Part shown: positions 50,667 through 64,000 of the stretch, piece by piece | Position numbering within the stretch: the stretch's first letter is position 1 | How the letters are laid out: each line of letters begins with the position of its first letter | Source of the DNA: an uncultured Acidobacteriota bacterium | GTDB taxonomy: Bacteria > Acidobacteriota > UBA6911 | DNA length: 64,000 nucleotides | Assembly (NCBI GenBank): GCA_963809485.1 | Contig: CAWEJX010000006.1 | Location: 192,001-256,000 of the forward strand | Direction of reading: 5' to 3' | Program-made: the position numbers and the translations under genes | The notes under the pieces: generated by a model | The model's database searches: none | Seen by the model: only the letters and a program-made list of their open reading frames with translations | Told to the model about the DNA's origin: nothing

Positions 50667-50716
50667 GGACGCGGAGGAGGCGGGATTGAAGCCATTTTCC
50701 CGCGTCCTCCGTGTCC
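50667..50716. terminator. Long hairpin after the Mo-oxidoreductase operon
   Basis: GGACGCGGAGGA..GCGGGA / TCCCGC..TCCTCCGTGTCC. Confidence 0.5.
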
Positions 50717-50896
50717 CGCATCGCCTTCTTCCGCAACCGCTTTCCCATCCCTGAAGATATTACTGTTGTGGCAAATTAATATCCCGATCAGATTAGGTAT
50801 TATGAGATACTAGCCTGTTCAACCAGGATGCGATTCAGGCCGTAAGATGCGAATTGGCGGTTCCGGTTGTTTCAGGAATTATGCAGGAGCAGGAAT

Positions 50897-52480
50897 ATGT
50901 CATTATTAACCGAACGTATAGAATGCAGGGAATTGCTGGATAAGCTGGTTCCGGTTGAGGAGGCGGTTCGGTATGTGTCGGATCGTTACAAGATTGCCAT
51001 TAGCGGATTCACCAAATCCGGCGAGCCCAAGACCTTCATACCGGCGCTTGCCCAATATCTTCGCCAATATGCGCCCAAAACCAAAATCGGTTTGTTCAGC
51101 GGGGCATCTTTATCCGACGATGTTGAAAATCCCATCGCCTCGTTTGTCGGTAAGCGGGGCCCTTACATGTCCGCAACCGCGTCGCGCAGGTTGATTAACG
51201 CCGGTGAAATGGATTTTGCCGATATTCACCTGTCGGCCTTCGCCCGGAATATAACCTACGGATTCTACGGGGACATCGATCTGGCGGTTGTCGAAGTCTC
51301 CCGGATACGGCCGGACGGCAGCGTAGTGCTTTCCTCCTCGGTCGGGGTGTCTGCCGAAGCGCTTACGGTGGCAGAGAAAATCATCCTCGAGGTGAATCCG
51401 TCGATTCCCGACTATACCGGTTTCCACGACATTGCGATCCCAACCGTTCATCCGCGAGTCGGATGGCCGATTCCCATCGTCAACGTCAAAGACCGTGTGG
51501 GCACTCCCTATGTCGAAATCGACAAAAGCAAAGTCGTCGCCGTAATCGAATCGAACCGGCAGGATTATCCCGTTGGCTTCAAGCCGACTTCGGACACGGA
51601 CCGCAGGATCGCCGGGAACGTGATCGATTTTCTGATGTATTGCCAGAAAAAGTTCAGCTGGAGCAAGCGCCTGCCTCCGATTCAATCCGGTGTCGGCAAC
51701 GTCGCCAATGCCATAATCGGCGAACTGTACAAGTCCCCGTTTCAGAAAATCCGCTTCTGGACCGAGGTTTTCCAGGACGGCATGATGCGCTATGTGGAAG
51801 ACGACGAAAAATTTGACTGCGCGTCGGCGACGGCTTTGTCCTTCTCCGAAAACGGCAGGAACGAGTTTATGCGGCTGTTCTCACGATGCCGTGAAAAAGT
51901 GGTCCTGCGCCCCATGTGGCTCTCCAACAACGCCGAATTGATCACCCGGCTGTTTGTCATCGCCATGAACACCCCGATCGAGGTGGACATTTATGGTCAC
52001 GTCAACTCGACGCACATCGATGGCTCCAGGGTTGTCAACGGGTTGGGCGGCAGCGGAGATTTTTTCCGGCACGCGTATCTGAGCATCGTGCATACGCCTT
52101 CGACACGGCGCCTCAAGGATGGCAGGACGGTCAGCTGCGTGATGCCCTATGTGCGCCACATCGACCACACCGAGCACGACATTCATTGCGTCGTCACTGA
52201 GCAGGGCTATGCTTTGAACACCGAAATACGGTCCGCACGGCGCCGTGCTGAGGATATTATCAATAAATGCGCCCATCCGCATTTCCGCCCGCTGCTTAAC
52301 GATTATCTCAGGCTGGCGGGAGACGGGGATGAACCGCGTCCGACAAATATGGATATCCTTCAAAGCTGGTGGAAAGATTACGATGCGGCCTGCCGGAGCT
52401 TCTCCGGGTCACCCGCGCCTCAGCGAAGCGAGCCGGAAGTCAGGGACTGGAAGTCGGAGGATTGGCGCTACTGGTGGTAA
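50897..52480 (+). CDS. Acetyl-CoA hydrolase/succinate CoA-transferase family protein
   Basis: SGFT, QSGVGNVANA, TEVFQD, NGLGGSGDF, VTEQG, CAHP. Confidence 0.9.
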   Translation: MSLLTERIECRELLDKLVPVEEAVRYVSDRYKIAISGFTKSGEPKTFIPALAQYLRQYAPKTKIGLFSGASLSDDVENPIASFVGKRGPYMSATASRRLINAGEMDFADIHLSAFARNITYGFYGDIDLAVVEVSRIRPDGSVVLSSSVGVSAEALTVAEKIILEVNPSIPDYTGFHDIAIPTVHPRVGWPIPIVNVKDRVGTPYVEIDKSKVVAVIESNRQDYPVGFKPTSDTDRRIAGNVIDFLMYCQKKFSWSKRLPPIQSGVGNVANAIIGELYKSPFQKIRFWTEVFQDGMMRYVEDDEKFDCASATALSFSENGRNEFMRLFSRCREKVVLRPMWLSNNAELITRLFVIAMNTPIEVDIYGHVNSTHIDGSRVVNGLGGSGDFFRHAYLSIVHTPSTRRLKDGRTVSCVMPYVRHIDHTEHDIHCVVTEQGYALNTEIRSARRRAEDIINKCAHPHFRPLLNDYLRLAGDGDEPRPTNMDILQSWWKDYDAACRSFSGSPAPQRSEPEVRDWKSEDWRYWW

Positions 52481-52505
52481 TCCATGGATTTGGGTTAGGC
52501 TCCAT

Positions 52506-52548
52506 AGCGCTGATGTACGCCGACCGGAACGCCGATGAACGCTGAAAA
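52506..52548. repeat. (A)ACGCYGA short-period repeat related to the PATE interior
   Basis: GCGCTGAT-GTACGCCGAC-CGGAACGCCGAT-GAACGCTGA. Confidence 0.5.
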
Positions 52549-52677
52549 CCGGCGCCAACATTAGGATATTTCGTCGGCTGAGGTTCATGGAACGCCCCTG
52601 GTCGCGGGAAACCTCCTACAGCCAAGACGGCCTTGCCGGAAGCAAGGGGGCGTGTTGCTGCTTTTTCTCCAGAACAG

Positions 52678-54100
52678 CTATTCAGGCTGGCGCTGAGGGC
52701 GGCTTTCTTTCTGCAAGTACCGGTCGATGGCACGGGCGGCGCGGCGTCCCTCGGCAATGGCCCAGACCACGAGAGACTGGCCGCGGCGCATATCCCCGGC
52801 CGCGAAAATTCCCGGCACCGAGGTCCTGTAGTCCTCATCGGCGGCTACGTTTCCGCGCGAATCCATCGCTACGCCTGACTGCCCCAGCATTTCGTCGGAG
52901 GCCGGACCGGTAAATCCCATCGCAAGCAGAACGAGGTCGACTTCAAGGACCAGTTCGGTTCCAGGGATCGGCTCGAACGCGGGCGGCGGCCCCACATGGA
53001 TTGCGTGCAGCCGGGTTACGCGGCCCCCGTCGCCGCTGAAGCGCGTGGTGGCTATTCCCCATTCTCGCGTGCCGCCTTCTTCATGGGAAGCTTCGGTCCT
53101 CAGCATCAACGGCCACAATGGCCAGGGAGTCTGGGGCGCGCGTTCGGCCGGCGGAAGCGGGAGGATTTCAAACTGATGGACCGACAAAGCCCTCTGCCGC
53201 AGGGCTGTGCCGAGGCAGTCCGCGCCCGTATCCCCTCCGCCCAGAATCGCGACCCGTTTGCCTGTCGCAAGAATCTCCTGCTTTGCGTCCACGCGTTCCC
53301 CCGCGCCGCGGCGGTTCTGCTGGGTCAAAAAGTCCATGGCAAAGTGTATGCCGCTCAATTCGCGGCCCGGCACCTTGAGGTCGCGCGGCCGCTCGGATCC
53401 TCCGGCGAGCAGCATTGCATCAAATTTCCTTCTCAACGGTGCAACGGGCAGATCCCTGCCGACACAGGTCTGCGTCTGGAATTCAATGCCTTCCTTGCTC
53501 AGTTGCTCAATCCTTCGGTCCAGGGCATCTTTCTCGAGCTTGAAATCCGGGATGCCGTACCGCAGCAGACCTCCAACCCTGTCCGCCTTTTCAAAAACCA
53601 CCACGGTGTGGCCGGACCGGTTGAGCTGCTGCGCCGCCGCAAGGCCTGCGGGCCCGGATCCGACGATGGCCACGCGTTTGCCTGTGCGGTACTCGGGCGG
53701 TTCCGGTCGGATCCAGCCTTCGCGGAAGGCGCGCTCGACGATCGCATCCTCAATGCACTTGATGGTGACGGCCGGATCGTTGATTCCGAGCACGCACGAG
53801 GCTTCGCAAGGCGCAGGGCAAACCTTTCCCGTGAATTCGGGGAAATTGTTCGTCGTGTGCAGCGCACGGATGGCGTTTTGCCAGCGGTCCCGGTAGACCA
53901 TATCATTCCAGTCGGGAATGAGATTGTTCAGCGGACATCCGGATTGACAGAAGGGCACCCCGCAGTCCATGCAGCGGGCGCCCTGGATCCGGAGCTTTTC
54001 TTCCGGGAAAGGAAGATACACCGGGAAAAAATCCTGGGTGCGCTCCCGGGTTGGCCGTTTCCCGGGTGTCTCCCGCTCATACTCCATGAATCCTGTGACT

Positions 54101-54108
<8 letters not shown>
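52678..54108 (-). CDS. gltD: Glutamate synthase small subunit
   Basis: [38 protein letters not shown]. Confidence 0.96.
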
Positions 54109-58642
<4,534 letters not shown>

Positions 58643-58864
58643 CGGAGCGACACCTTTCCTCGCGGGGGCATGTCCAATCCTCCCCGCGCCAAATGTCTGT
58701 ATTTAGTTTGGTAAGAGTTATTGCTTCCCGCGCTCCGAAAAACGGTAAATGCTTTTCGGGCAAAATTCAATAGCAGATTCGGCGCCGGCAATTCGGGCTA
58801 TAGTAATGGTTACCCGCCAGTTTTGCTGAAGGACTCACGGGCTTCGATGGCTTCAGAATCCTGT

Positions 58865-58907
58865 AACGCTGACAAACGCCGATAAAAGCGCTGGTGAGCG
58901 CTGCCGA
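58865..58907. repeat. Stand-alone copy of the PATE interior repeat
   Basis: AACGCTGACAAACGCCGATAAAAGCGCTG versus AACGCTGAGAAACGCTGATAAAAGCGCTG in PATE copy 2. Confidence 0.65.
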
Positions 58908-59011
58908 CTGGTTTTCAGTCCTTTTAACTGCTTTGATTTTTTTGTGGCCCGGAGGCAATGCTAATAAAATGGATTTCGAAAGCTTAACAACTCGATCAAT
59001 GGGGAATCGCC

Positions 59012-59407
59012 ATGCAATCTCTTTCTGTTCGCACCCAAACTCACACTCAGTTTCTGGACATCACCCGTGAAGTCCAGTCTGCGGTCAGCAATCTCAAGAT
59101 TAAGAACGGGATCGTCACTTGTTTTGTCCCTCACACTACCGCCGGAATCACTATCAACGAGAACGCCGATCCCGACGTTACCGCTGATATCGCGGCAGCG
59201 CTGGAAAAGGCAGTGCCGTGGCGGGGAGACTATGGCCACTCCGAGGGCAATGCTGCCGCGCACGTCAAGGCAAGCATGATGGGATCATCGGTTCAAATCA
59301 TTGTTGAAAATGGCCGGCTGCAGCTGGGAACCTGGCAAGCTGTCTATTTCTGCGAATTCGATGGACCCCGCTCCCGCAATATCTGGATTCTGGGCACCGA
59401 GGCGTAA
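59012..59407 (+). CDS. yjbQ: YjbQ (UPF0047) family protein
   Basis: PHTTAGITINENADPDV, HSEGN, LGTWQ, EFDGPR. Confidence 0.92.
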   Translation: MQSLSVRTQTHTQFLDITREVQSAVSNLKIKNGIVTCFVPHTTAGITINENADPDVTADIAAALEKAVPWRGDYGHSEGNAAAHVKASMMGSSVQIIVENGRLQLGTWQAVYFCEFDGPRSRNIWILGTEA

Positions 59408-59547
59408 GCATTGATGCTTCAAAAAAGCCAACCCGTCAATTCAAATTATTGGATTTACCGGTCCTTTGGCACCGTTTGTGGTGTTGAATGACTTGTATAA
59501 ATTATTGTAATAAATCAACTTAATCTTATAAGCCAAACAGGGCAGAA

Positions 59548-59564
59548 TTGGCATGGAATATGCT
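59548..59564 (+). promoter_or_regulatory. Sigma54 (-24/-12) promoter
   Basis: TTGGCATGGAATATGCT, GG-N10-GC spacing exact, preceded by an AT-rich tract. Confidence 0.7.
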
Positions 59565-59574
59565 TACTAGCATT

Positions 59575-59735
59575 ACTGGAATTTCCCGTAATCCAAGCTC
59601 TGGCCCTGAAAGCGAGGCTTTTGTGTTTGGGAGTCTTTCGTGGACCCTTCCCACGATGCCAGGGATCTCTTAAACATGGGGCACAAATCCGGGGCCGGGC
59701 TTGGCTGGAAATAGCCAAATCCGCAAGGTTTTCCT
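59575..59735 (+). ncRNA. Putative structured ncRNA (rod with central bubble)
   Basis: Starts at the predicted +1; nested stems found by eye with many G-U pairs favouring the + strand; no credible ORF. Confidence 0.55.
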
Positions 59736-59864
59736 CCACACAGAAACGCTGCCAATTGGAAGCATTAATATCCTGGATTTATTAGAGATAGCGCTGGTGT
59801 AGGAAAGGCAGCGACCGCCAATACTGAACCTCAGCCTGATGCCAATCCTCCGGGTATATCCTGC

Positions 59865-60824
59865 CTACTTTATTTCGGTGAAAATCTGGATGTAGGCGTC
59901 TTCTTTGATCTGGGCGATATATCGCTGCAATTCGGGATTGAATTTTTTCTCATACAACCGGTTCTTGATTTCGTTCCTGACCTCGTCCAGAGGACGCACG
60001 TAGGCGAGCTTCCGCGTGTCAACCCGATATATCACGTAGCCGTCCTTTATTTTCTGGGGCTTGGAGATGTCGCCATCTTTAAGGTTGGCAATAGCTTTGA
60101 CAGTGTCGGGATTGAGCTTGGCCAAAACGTATGTGCCGATGCTGCCTCCTTTGCCGGCAGTCGGCCCCTTGGAGTATTGGCTGACGACGGCAGTAAAGGA
60201 TTCTCCCTGCTGCAGGCGCTTGTACAGGTCGTTGGCTCGATTCTCGGCAGCCCGGTCGTCTCCGTCGCTGTTGAGAACGATCTCGCTGAGAGTTACATCC
60301 TCCGGGGTTGTGAATTCCGCGGCATTATCCTTATAAAATTTCTCGATTTCCGGTGCGAGCAGCGTGATCCTTGAGCCCACGAATTCCCCGATCAGGTCGT
60401 TGGTGATGATCTGCTTCCGAAGCTGCTCGCGAAAGTCCCTAAGCGTAAGTCCCTGCTGTTCCAGTGCATTGGACAACTGATCCGTTTCCGTGAAGCCGTT
60501 TTCCTTCATGATCTGCTGCACGTAGGACGAAACCCTGGATTCCACGTTGGCATTGAAGCCGAGTTCCATGGCTTTCTGATAGAGCAGCTTTTGCTGGATC
60601 AGACCGTCCAGGGTCTGCTGCTCCGCCCGTTTCAGCACTTCTGCCAGTTGATCTCCGGTGTATTTGGCGGCAAGTTCGCGGCGTATCTGTACCATTTCCC
60701 GGTTGAGTTCGGACAGGGTGATAATTTCATCATTGACCTGGGCGACAATCCGGTCCACCGTTTTGGCCCGGGCACTACTGAAAAAAAACAGGATGGCTGG
60801 GAGTATCCATACAATCTTTTTCAT
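59865..60824 (-). CDS. SurA-like peptidylprolyl isomerase/chaperone
   Basis: Signal peptide, VDRIVAQVNDEIITLSE, parvulin-like GESF..YS..GG. Confidence 0.88.
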   Translation of the reverse strand: MKKIVWILPAILFFFSSARAKTVDRIVAQVNDEIITLSELNREMVQIRRELAAKYTGDQLAEVLKRAEQQTLDGLIQQKLLYQKAMELGFNANVESRVSSYVQQIMKENGFTETDQLSNALEQQGLTLRDFREQLRKQIITNDLIGEFVGSRITLLAPEIEKFYKDNAAEFTTPEDVTLSEIVLNSDGDDRAAENRANDLYKRLQQGESFTAVVSQYSKGPTAGKGGSIGTYVLAKLNPDTVKAIANLKDGDISKPQKIKDGYVIYRVDTRKLAYVRPLDEVRNEIKNRLYEKKFNPELQRYIAQIKEDAYIQIFTEIK

Positions 60825-60883
60825 CGGACGTTCTCCTGCAACGGCTATAACCCCCTTCGTATCATGCATAACCATACCAAACT

Positions 60884-61036
60884 GAATGACGAATTACGAA
60901 TGACGAATTGCGAATTGCCTTCACACATCCCTCCTCGCGCCCCGGATTGGATTCATGAGCGTGCTATTTCCCTTGTCACCCATTTGGGGAACTCAACGGT
61001 TTGTCATTCGTAATTCGTAATTCGTAATTCGTAATT
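60884..61036. repeat. Inverted heptamer arrays between mfd and surA
   Basis: GAATGAC-GAATTAC-GAATGAC-GAATTGC / GTCATTC-(GTAATTC)n, next to the mfd stop. Confidence 0.8.
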
Positions 61037-61038
61037 TT

Positions 61039-64000
61039 CTACAGGCGGATCTCCATCAGGATTTTGTCGATCGCGCTGAAAAGCTCGGGCGGCGGAAGCT
61101 CAGGCACGTCGAGCGTGAGCAGGCCCTGCGGGGAGAAGGTGGCGCGTTTGTTGCGCATCACCAGTTTCATCAGCTTCTCCGCGCTGACTTTTGAATGATC
61201 CACAAAACGGAAGAATACCTGATTTTTGTTTTTTTCCACCGACTGAATTTGGAGTGCGAGCGTTTCCTGTCTCAAACGGGCGTAGCGGAAGAGGTTCTCC
61301 ACCGGATCGGGATACTGTCCAAACCGATCCACCATCTCCCGCCGCAGCGCCTCCAGATCTTCGTCGGTCGAGGCTGACGAGATCCGTTTGTACATCCTCA
61401 GCCGCTGGCCCGAATCGGCGATGTAGGTCTCCGGGATTCGAATATCGAGGTTGAGGTTGATGCTTGTGGATATCTCCTCTTCGGTTTTTTCTCCGCGCAG
61501 TTCCTCCACTGTGCGTTCGAGCAGCTGGCAATAAAGGTCAAAACCGACAGCCTCGATATGCCCGTGTTGCTCCCCGCCCAGGAGGTTGCCGGCCCCGCGA
61601 ATCTCGAGGTCCAGCGCCGCGACCCGGAAACCGGTTCCCAGGTCGCTGAATTCGCGTATGGCTGCCAGCCGCTTGCGCGCGACCTCGGAAAGTGCTTCAT
61701 CCGAGGGGATGAGGAGGTAGGCATAGGCGCGGCGGTCGCTGCGGCCCACCCGTCCGCGCAACTGATACAGCTGGGCCAATCCGTAAAAATCAGCGCGATC
61801 AACGATGATGGTATTCACCCTGGGAATGTCCAGTCCATTCTCGATGATGGTGGTTGCCACCAGAACGTCCAGTTCATCCTGGACAAATTTCAGCATGATT
61901 CGTTCCAGTTCGCGCTCGTTCATCTGGCCATGAACAACGCCGATCCTGGCTTGCGGAACGAGCTGCTGGACTTTGGCGGCCACGGTGTGAATGGTCTCCA
62001 CACGGTTATGCACGTAATAAACCTGCCCGTTGCGCGCCAGCTCCATCTCTATTGCCGACCGCACGACATCGGAGCTGTACTTGAGAACGGAGGTCTGGAT
62101 GGCGAGCCGGTTCTTGGGCGGGGTTTCAATCGTCGACATGTCCCGCAAACCGAGCAGCGCCATATTCAGCGTCCTGGGGATGGGAGTGGCGGTGAGAGTC
62201 AGGACATCGACACGGGTCTTCAGGGCTTTGAGGCGCTCCTTGTGAGAGACGCCGAAGCGCTGTTCTTCATCCACGACCACGAGGCCCAGGTCCTTGAACG
62301 CCACGTCTTTGGACAGGAGCCTGTGCGTCCCCACAATCACGTCGATGCGGCCCATCTCGAGGTCCTCGATCACCTGCTTCTGCTCCTTGGGGCTGCGGAA
62401 ACGGGAAAGGAGCTGAATGTGCACAGGAAACGCCGTGAAGCGCTGCCGGAAGGTATTGTAGTGTTGAAAGGCAAGGACGGTCGTGGGGGCGAGCACCGCT
62501 GCCTGCTTGCCGTCCATCACAGCCTTAAAAACTGCGCGCATGGCAACTTCGGTCTTGCCGTATCCTACATCCCCGCACAGCAGCCGGTCCATCGGGCGCG
62601 CAGCCTCCATGTCGGATTTGACGGCCGCGAGCGCATCCGTCTGATCCCGTGTCAGTTCGAATTCAAAGGCGTCCTCGAATTCCTGTTGCCATGCGGTGTC
62701 TGCAGAGAAGGCAACGCCGGGAACCGTCTGGCGCTGGGCGTAAAGCTTCAGAAGCTCTTCGGCCATATCCCGCATGGATTTCTTGATTCGGGTTTTGGTG
62801 CGGGCCCAGCTTGTGCCGCCCAGCCGGTCCAGGGCAGGGCGCGTCCCGCCCATGCTGCTGTATTTTTGGATCAGATCGAGACGTTCGACCGGGACGTACA
62901 GCCGTGCGTCGTCCTGATAGCTCAGCAGCACAAACTCCCTGGCGCCATCCTGGAGGCCGATGGTTTTCAGGCCGTTGAACAGCCCGATGCCGTGGTCGAC
63001 ATGAACGACGTAGTCTCCCGGCTTGAGGTCCCGGAAATCGGAGATGAAAAGGTGCCGCTGGGCTGCCTTTATCTTTTTGTGACCTGCCGCGACATCGTCC
63101 TCGTCGAAAACATCCGGGCCGGCAAGGACGCGCAGGTTTGTGGCGGGGAGGAAGAAGCCGGACTGCAGGCTGCCGACTCCCAGCAGGACCGCATCCGAGT
63201 CAGCCGGGCCGGCGGGCGTTTCCTGTCCTCCGCTACGGCACAGATGCGCGGGAATTTCGTATTCCTTTAAAATATCGTTCATGCGTTCCGCGCGGCCCAG
63301 GTTTGAAAAAATGAATACGATTTTTTCTCCCTGGCTGCGGAACTTGTTCAGGTCCCCGGCGAGCTCCCGTATGTTGCCATGGTATTTCCGCGTGGATTGC
63401 GAAGAGAGATAAACCGACGAAGAAACCGGATCTGAAACGCCGAGCTCCTCGATTTCCAGGCGCGGGAACCGGTCCAGAGAGTCTTTGAACTCCTCAGCCG
63501 TGAGATAAATCTGCTGGGGCGAAAGCACAGGCTTATGCGCTTCCACGCGATCCAGGAAACGCTCATAGAGTTCCGAATGGTGTTTGACGAGGCCGCCCTC
63601 CAGGACTTCGCGTTCCAGAACAATCAGGCGGTACCCCGTCAGGTAATCAAATAGGGTCTTTTCCAGCGGATCGACTGCCGGCAGCAAAAACTCGAAGGCC
63701 GGAAACAGCTCGCCCTGCCGGGCAAGCCCGAGTTCCTCCTCCAGGTGAGGCAAAAAGGGTGAGCTCCAGAGGGAAGGGACCTTGTCAGCCCACTGCTGCA
63801 GCAAACTGCGCCTGAAGCAGTACTCTCGCATCGGGACGATCTCGACACTCCGGACCGTATCGACGGAGCGCTGGGAGTCGACATCGAATACGCGTATGGA
63901 TTCGATGCGGTCGCCGAAAAATTCCAGGCGAACAGGTTTTTCCAGGTGGGGTGGGAAGACGTCGAGTATGCCGCCGCGGAGCGAAAACTCTCCCGGATCG
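61039..64000 (-). CDS. mfd: Transcription-repair coupling factor (5' end outside the window)
   Basis: GDYVVHVDHGIG, CGDVGYGKTEVA, DEEQRFG, QLRGRVGR, TRCF C-terminus. Confidence 0.97.
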   Translation of the reverse strand, partial: DPGEFSLRGGILDVFPPHLEKPVRLEFFGDRIESIRVFDVDSQRSVDTVRSVEIVPMREYCFRRSLLQQWADKVPSLWSSPFLPHLEEELGLARQGELFPAFEFLLPAVDPLEKTLFDYLTGYRLIVLEREVLEGGLVKHHSELYERFLDRVEAHKPVLSPQQIYLTAEEFKDSLDRFPRLEIEELGVSDPVSSSVYLSSQSTRKYHGNIRELAGDLNKFRSQGEKIVFIFSNLGRAERMNDILKEYEIPAHLCRSGGQETPAGPADSDAVLLGVGSLQSGFFLPATNLRVLAGPDVFDEDDVAAGHKKIKAAQRHLFISDFRDLKPGDYVVHVDHGIGLFNGLKTIGLQDGAREFVLLSYQDDARLYVPVERLDLIQKYSSMGGTRPALDRLGGTSWARTKTRIKKSMRDMAEELLKLYAQRQTVPGVAFSADTAWQQEFEDAFEFELTRDQTDALAAVKSDMEAARPMDRLLCGDVGYGKTEVAMRAVFKAVMDGKQAAVLAPTTVLAFQHYNTFRQRFTAFPVHIQLLSRFRSPKEQKQVIEDLEMGRIDVIVGTHRLLSKDVAFKDLGLVVVDEEQRFGVSHKERLKALKTRVDVLTLTATPIPRTLNMALLGLRDMSTIETPPKNRLAIQTSVLKYSSDVVRSAIEMELARNGQVYYVHNRVETIHTVAAKVQQLVPQARIGVVHGQMNERELERIMLKFVQDELDVLVATTIIENGLDIPRVNTIIVDRADFYGLAQLYQLRGRVGRSDRRAYAYLLIPSDEALSEVARKRLAAIREFSDLGTGFRVAALDLEIRGAGNLLGGEQHGHIEAVGFDLYCQLLERTVEELRGEKTEEEISTSINLNLDIRIPETYIADSGQRLRMYKRISSASTDEDLEALRREMVDRFGQYPDPVENLFRYARLRQETLALQIQSVEKNKNQVFFRFVDHSKVSAEKLMKLVMRNKRATFSPQGLLTLDVPELPPPELFSAIDKILMEIRL

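Noticed and set aside
59575-59735. SRP RNA, tmRNA or a small CDS
   Set aside because: No SRP GGAA/GCAGC domain IV motif, no tRNA-like ends, and the short minus-strand ORFs lack an ATG start or recognisable features

Overview
A 64 kb, GC-rich bacterial chromosomal window. The protein style (Gly-rich TolC pair, mfd-surA order) suggests an anaerobic Acidobacteriota-like organism, but that is inference. Most of it is metabolic: a cimA gene with an Ile-rich leader-peptide attenuator, an acyl-CoA catabolic cluster (orphan Mo-hydroxylase subunit, MFS, two divergent CoA-transferase pairs, an HMGS-like/DUF35 fusion, thiolase, two VOC proteins), ilvC, a speB/deoxyhypusine-synthase-like/decarboxylase polyamine operon, a Tat-type PaoABC-like Mo-oxidoreductase, gltBD, yjbQ, surA and mfd (partial). 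An accessory region (about 30.8-45.0 kb) holds a signal-peptide Rhs protein with a CHAP/Tae-like amidase tip, its probable immunity gene, an orphan Rhs junction stub, a RAYT HUH transposase bracketed by inverted TGGACACCCA/TGGGTGTCCA repeat fields, and decayed genes (DUF5916, chrA, IS91-like, kaiC). The main non-coding signals are a near-consensus sigma54 promoter followed by an ORF-less rod-shaped RNA (59.55-59.74 kb), two copies of a ~225 bp IS200-ended non-autonomous element, and heptamer-repeat hairpins placed on or beside stop codons. No rRNA, complete tRNA or CRISPR array was seen. All family calls come from motif recognition by eye, not database searches. Several single-base frameshifts may be sequencing errors.
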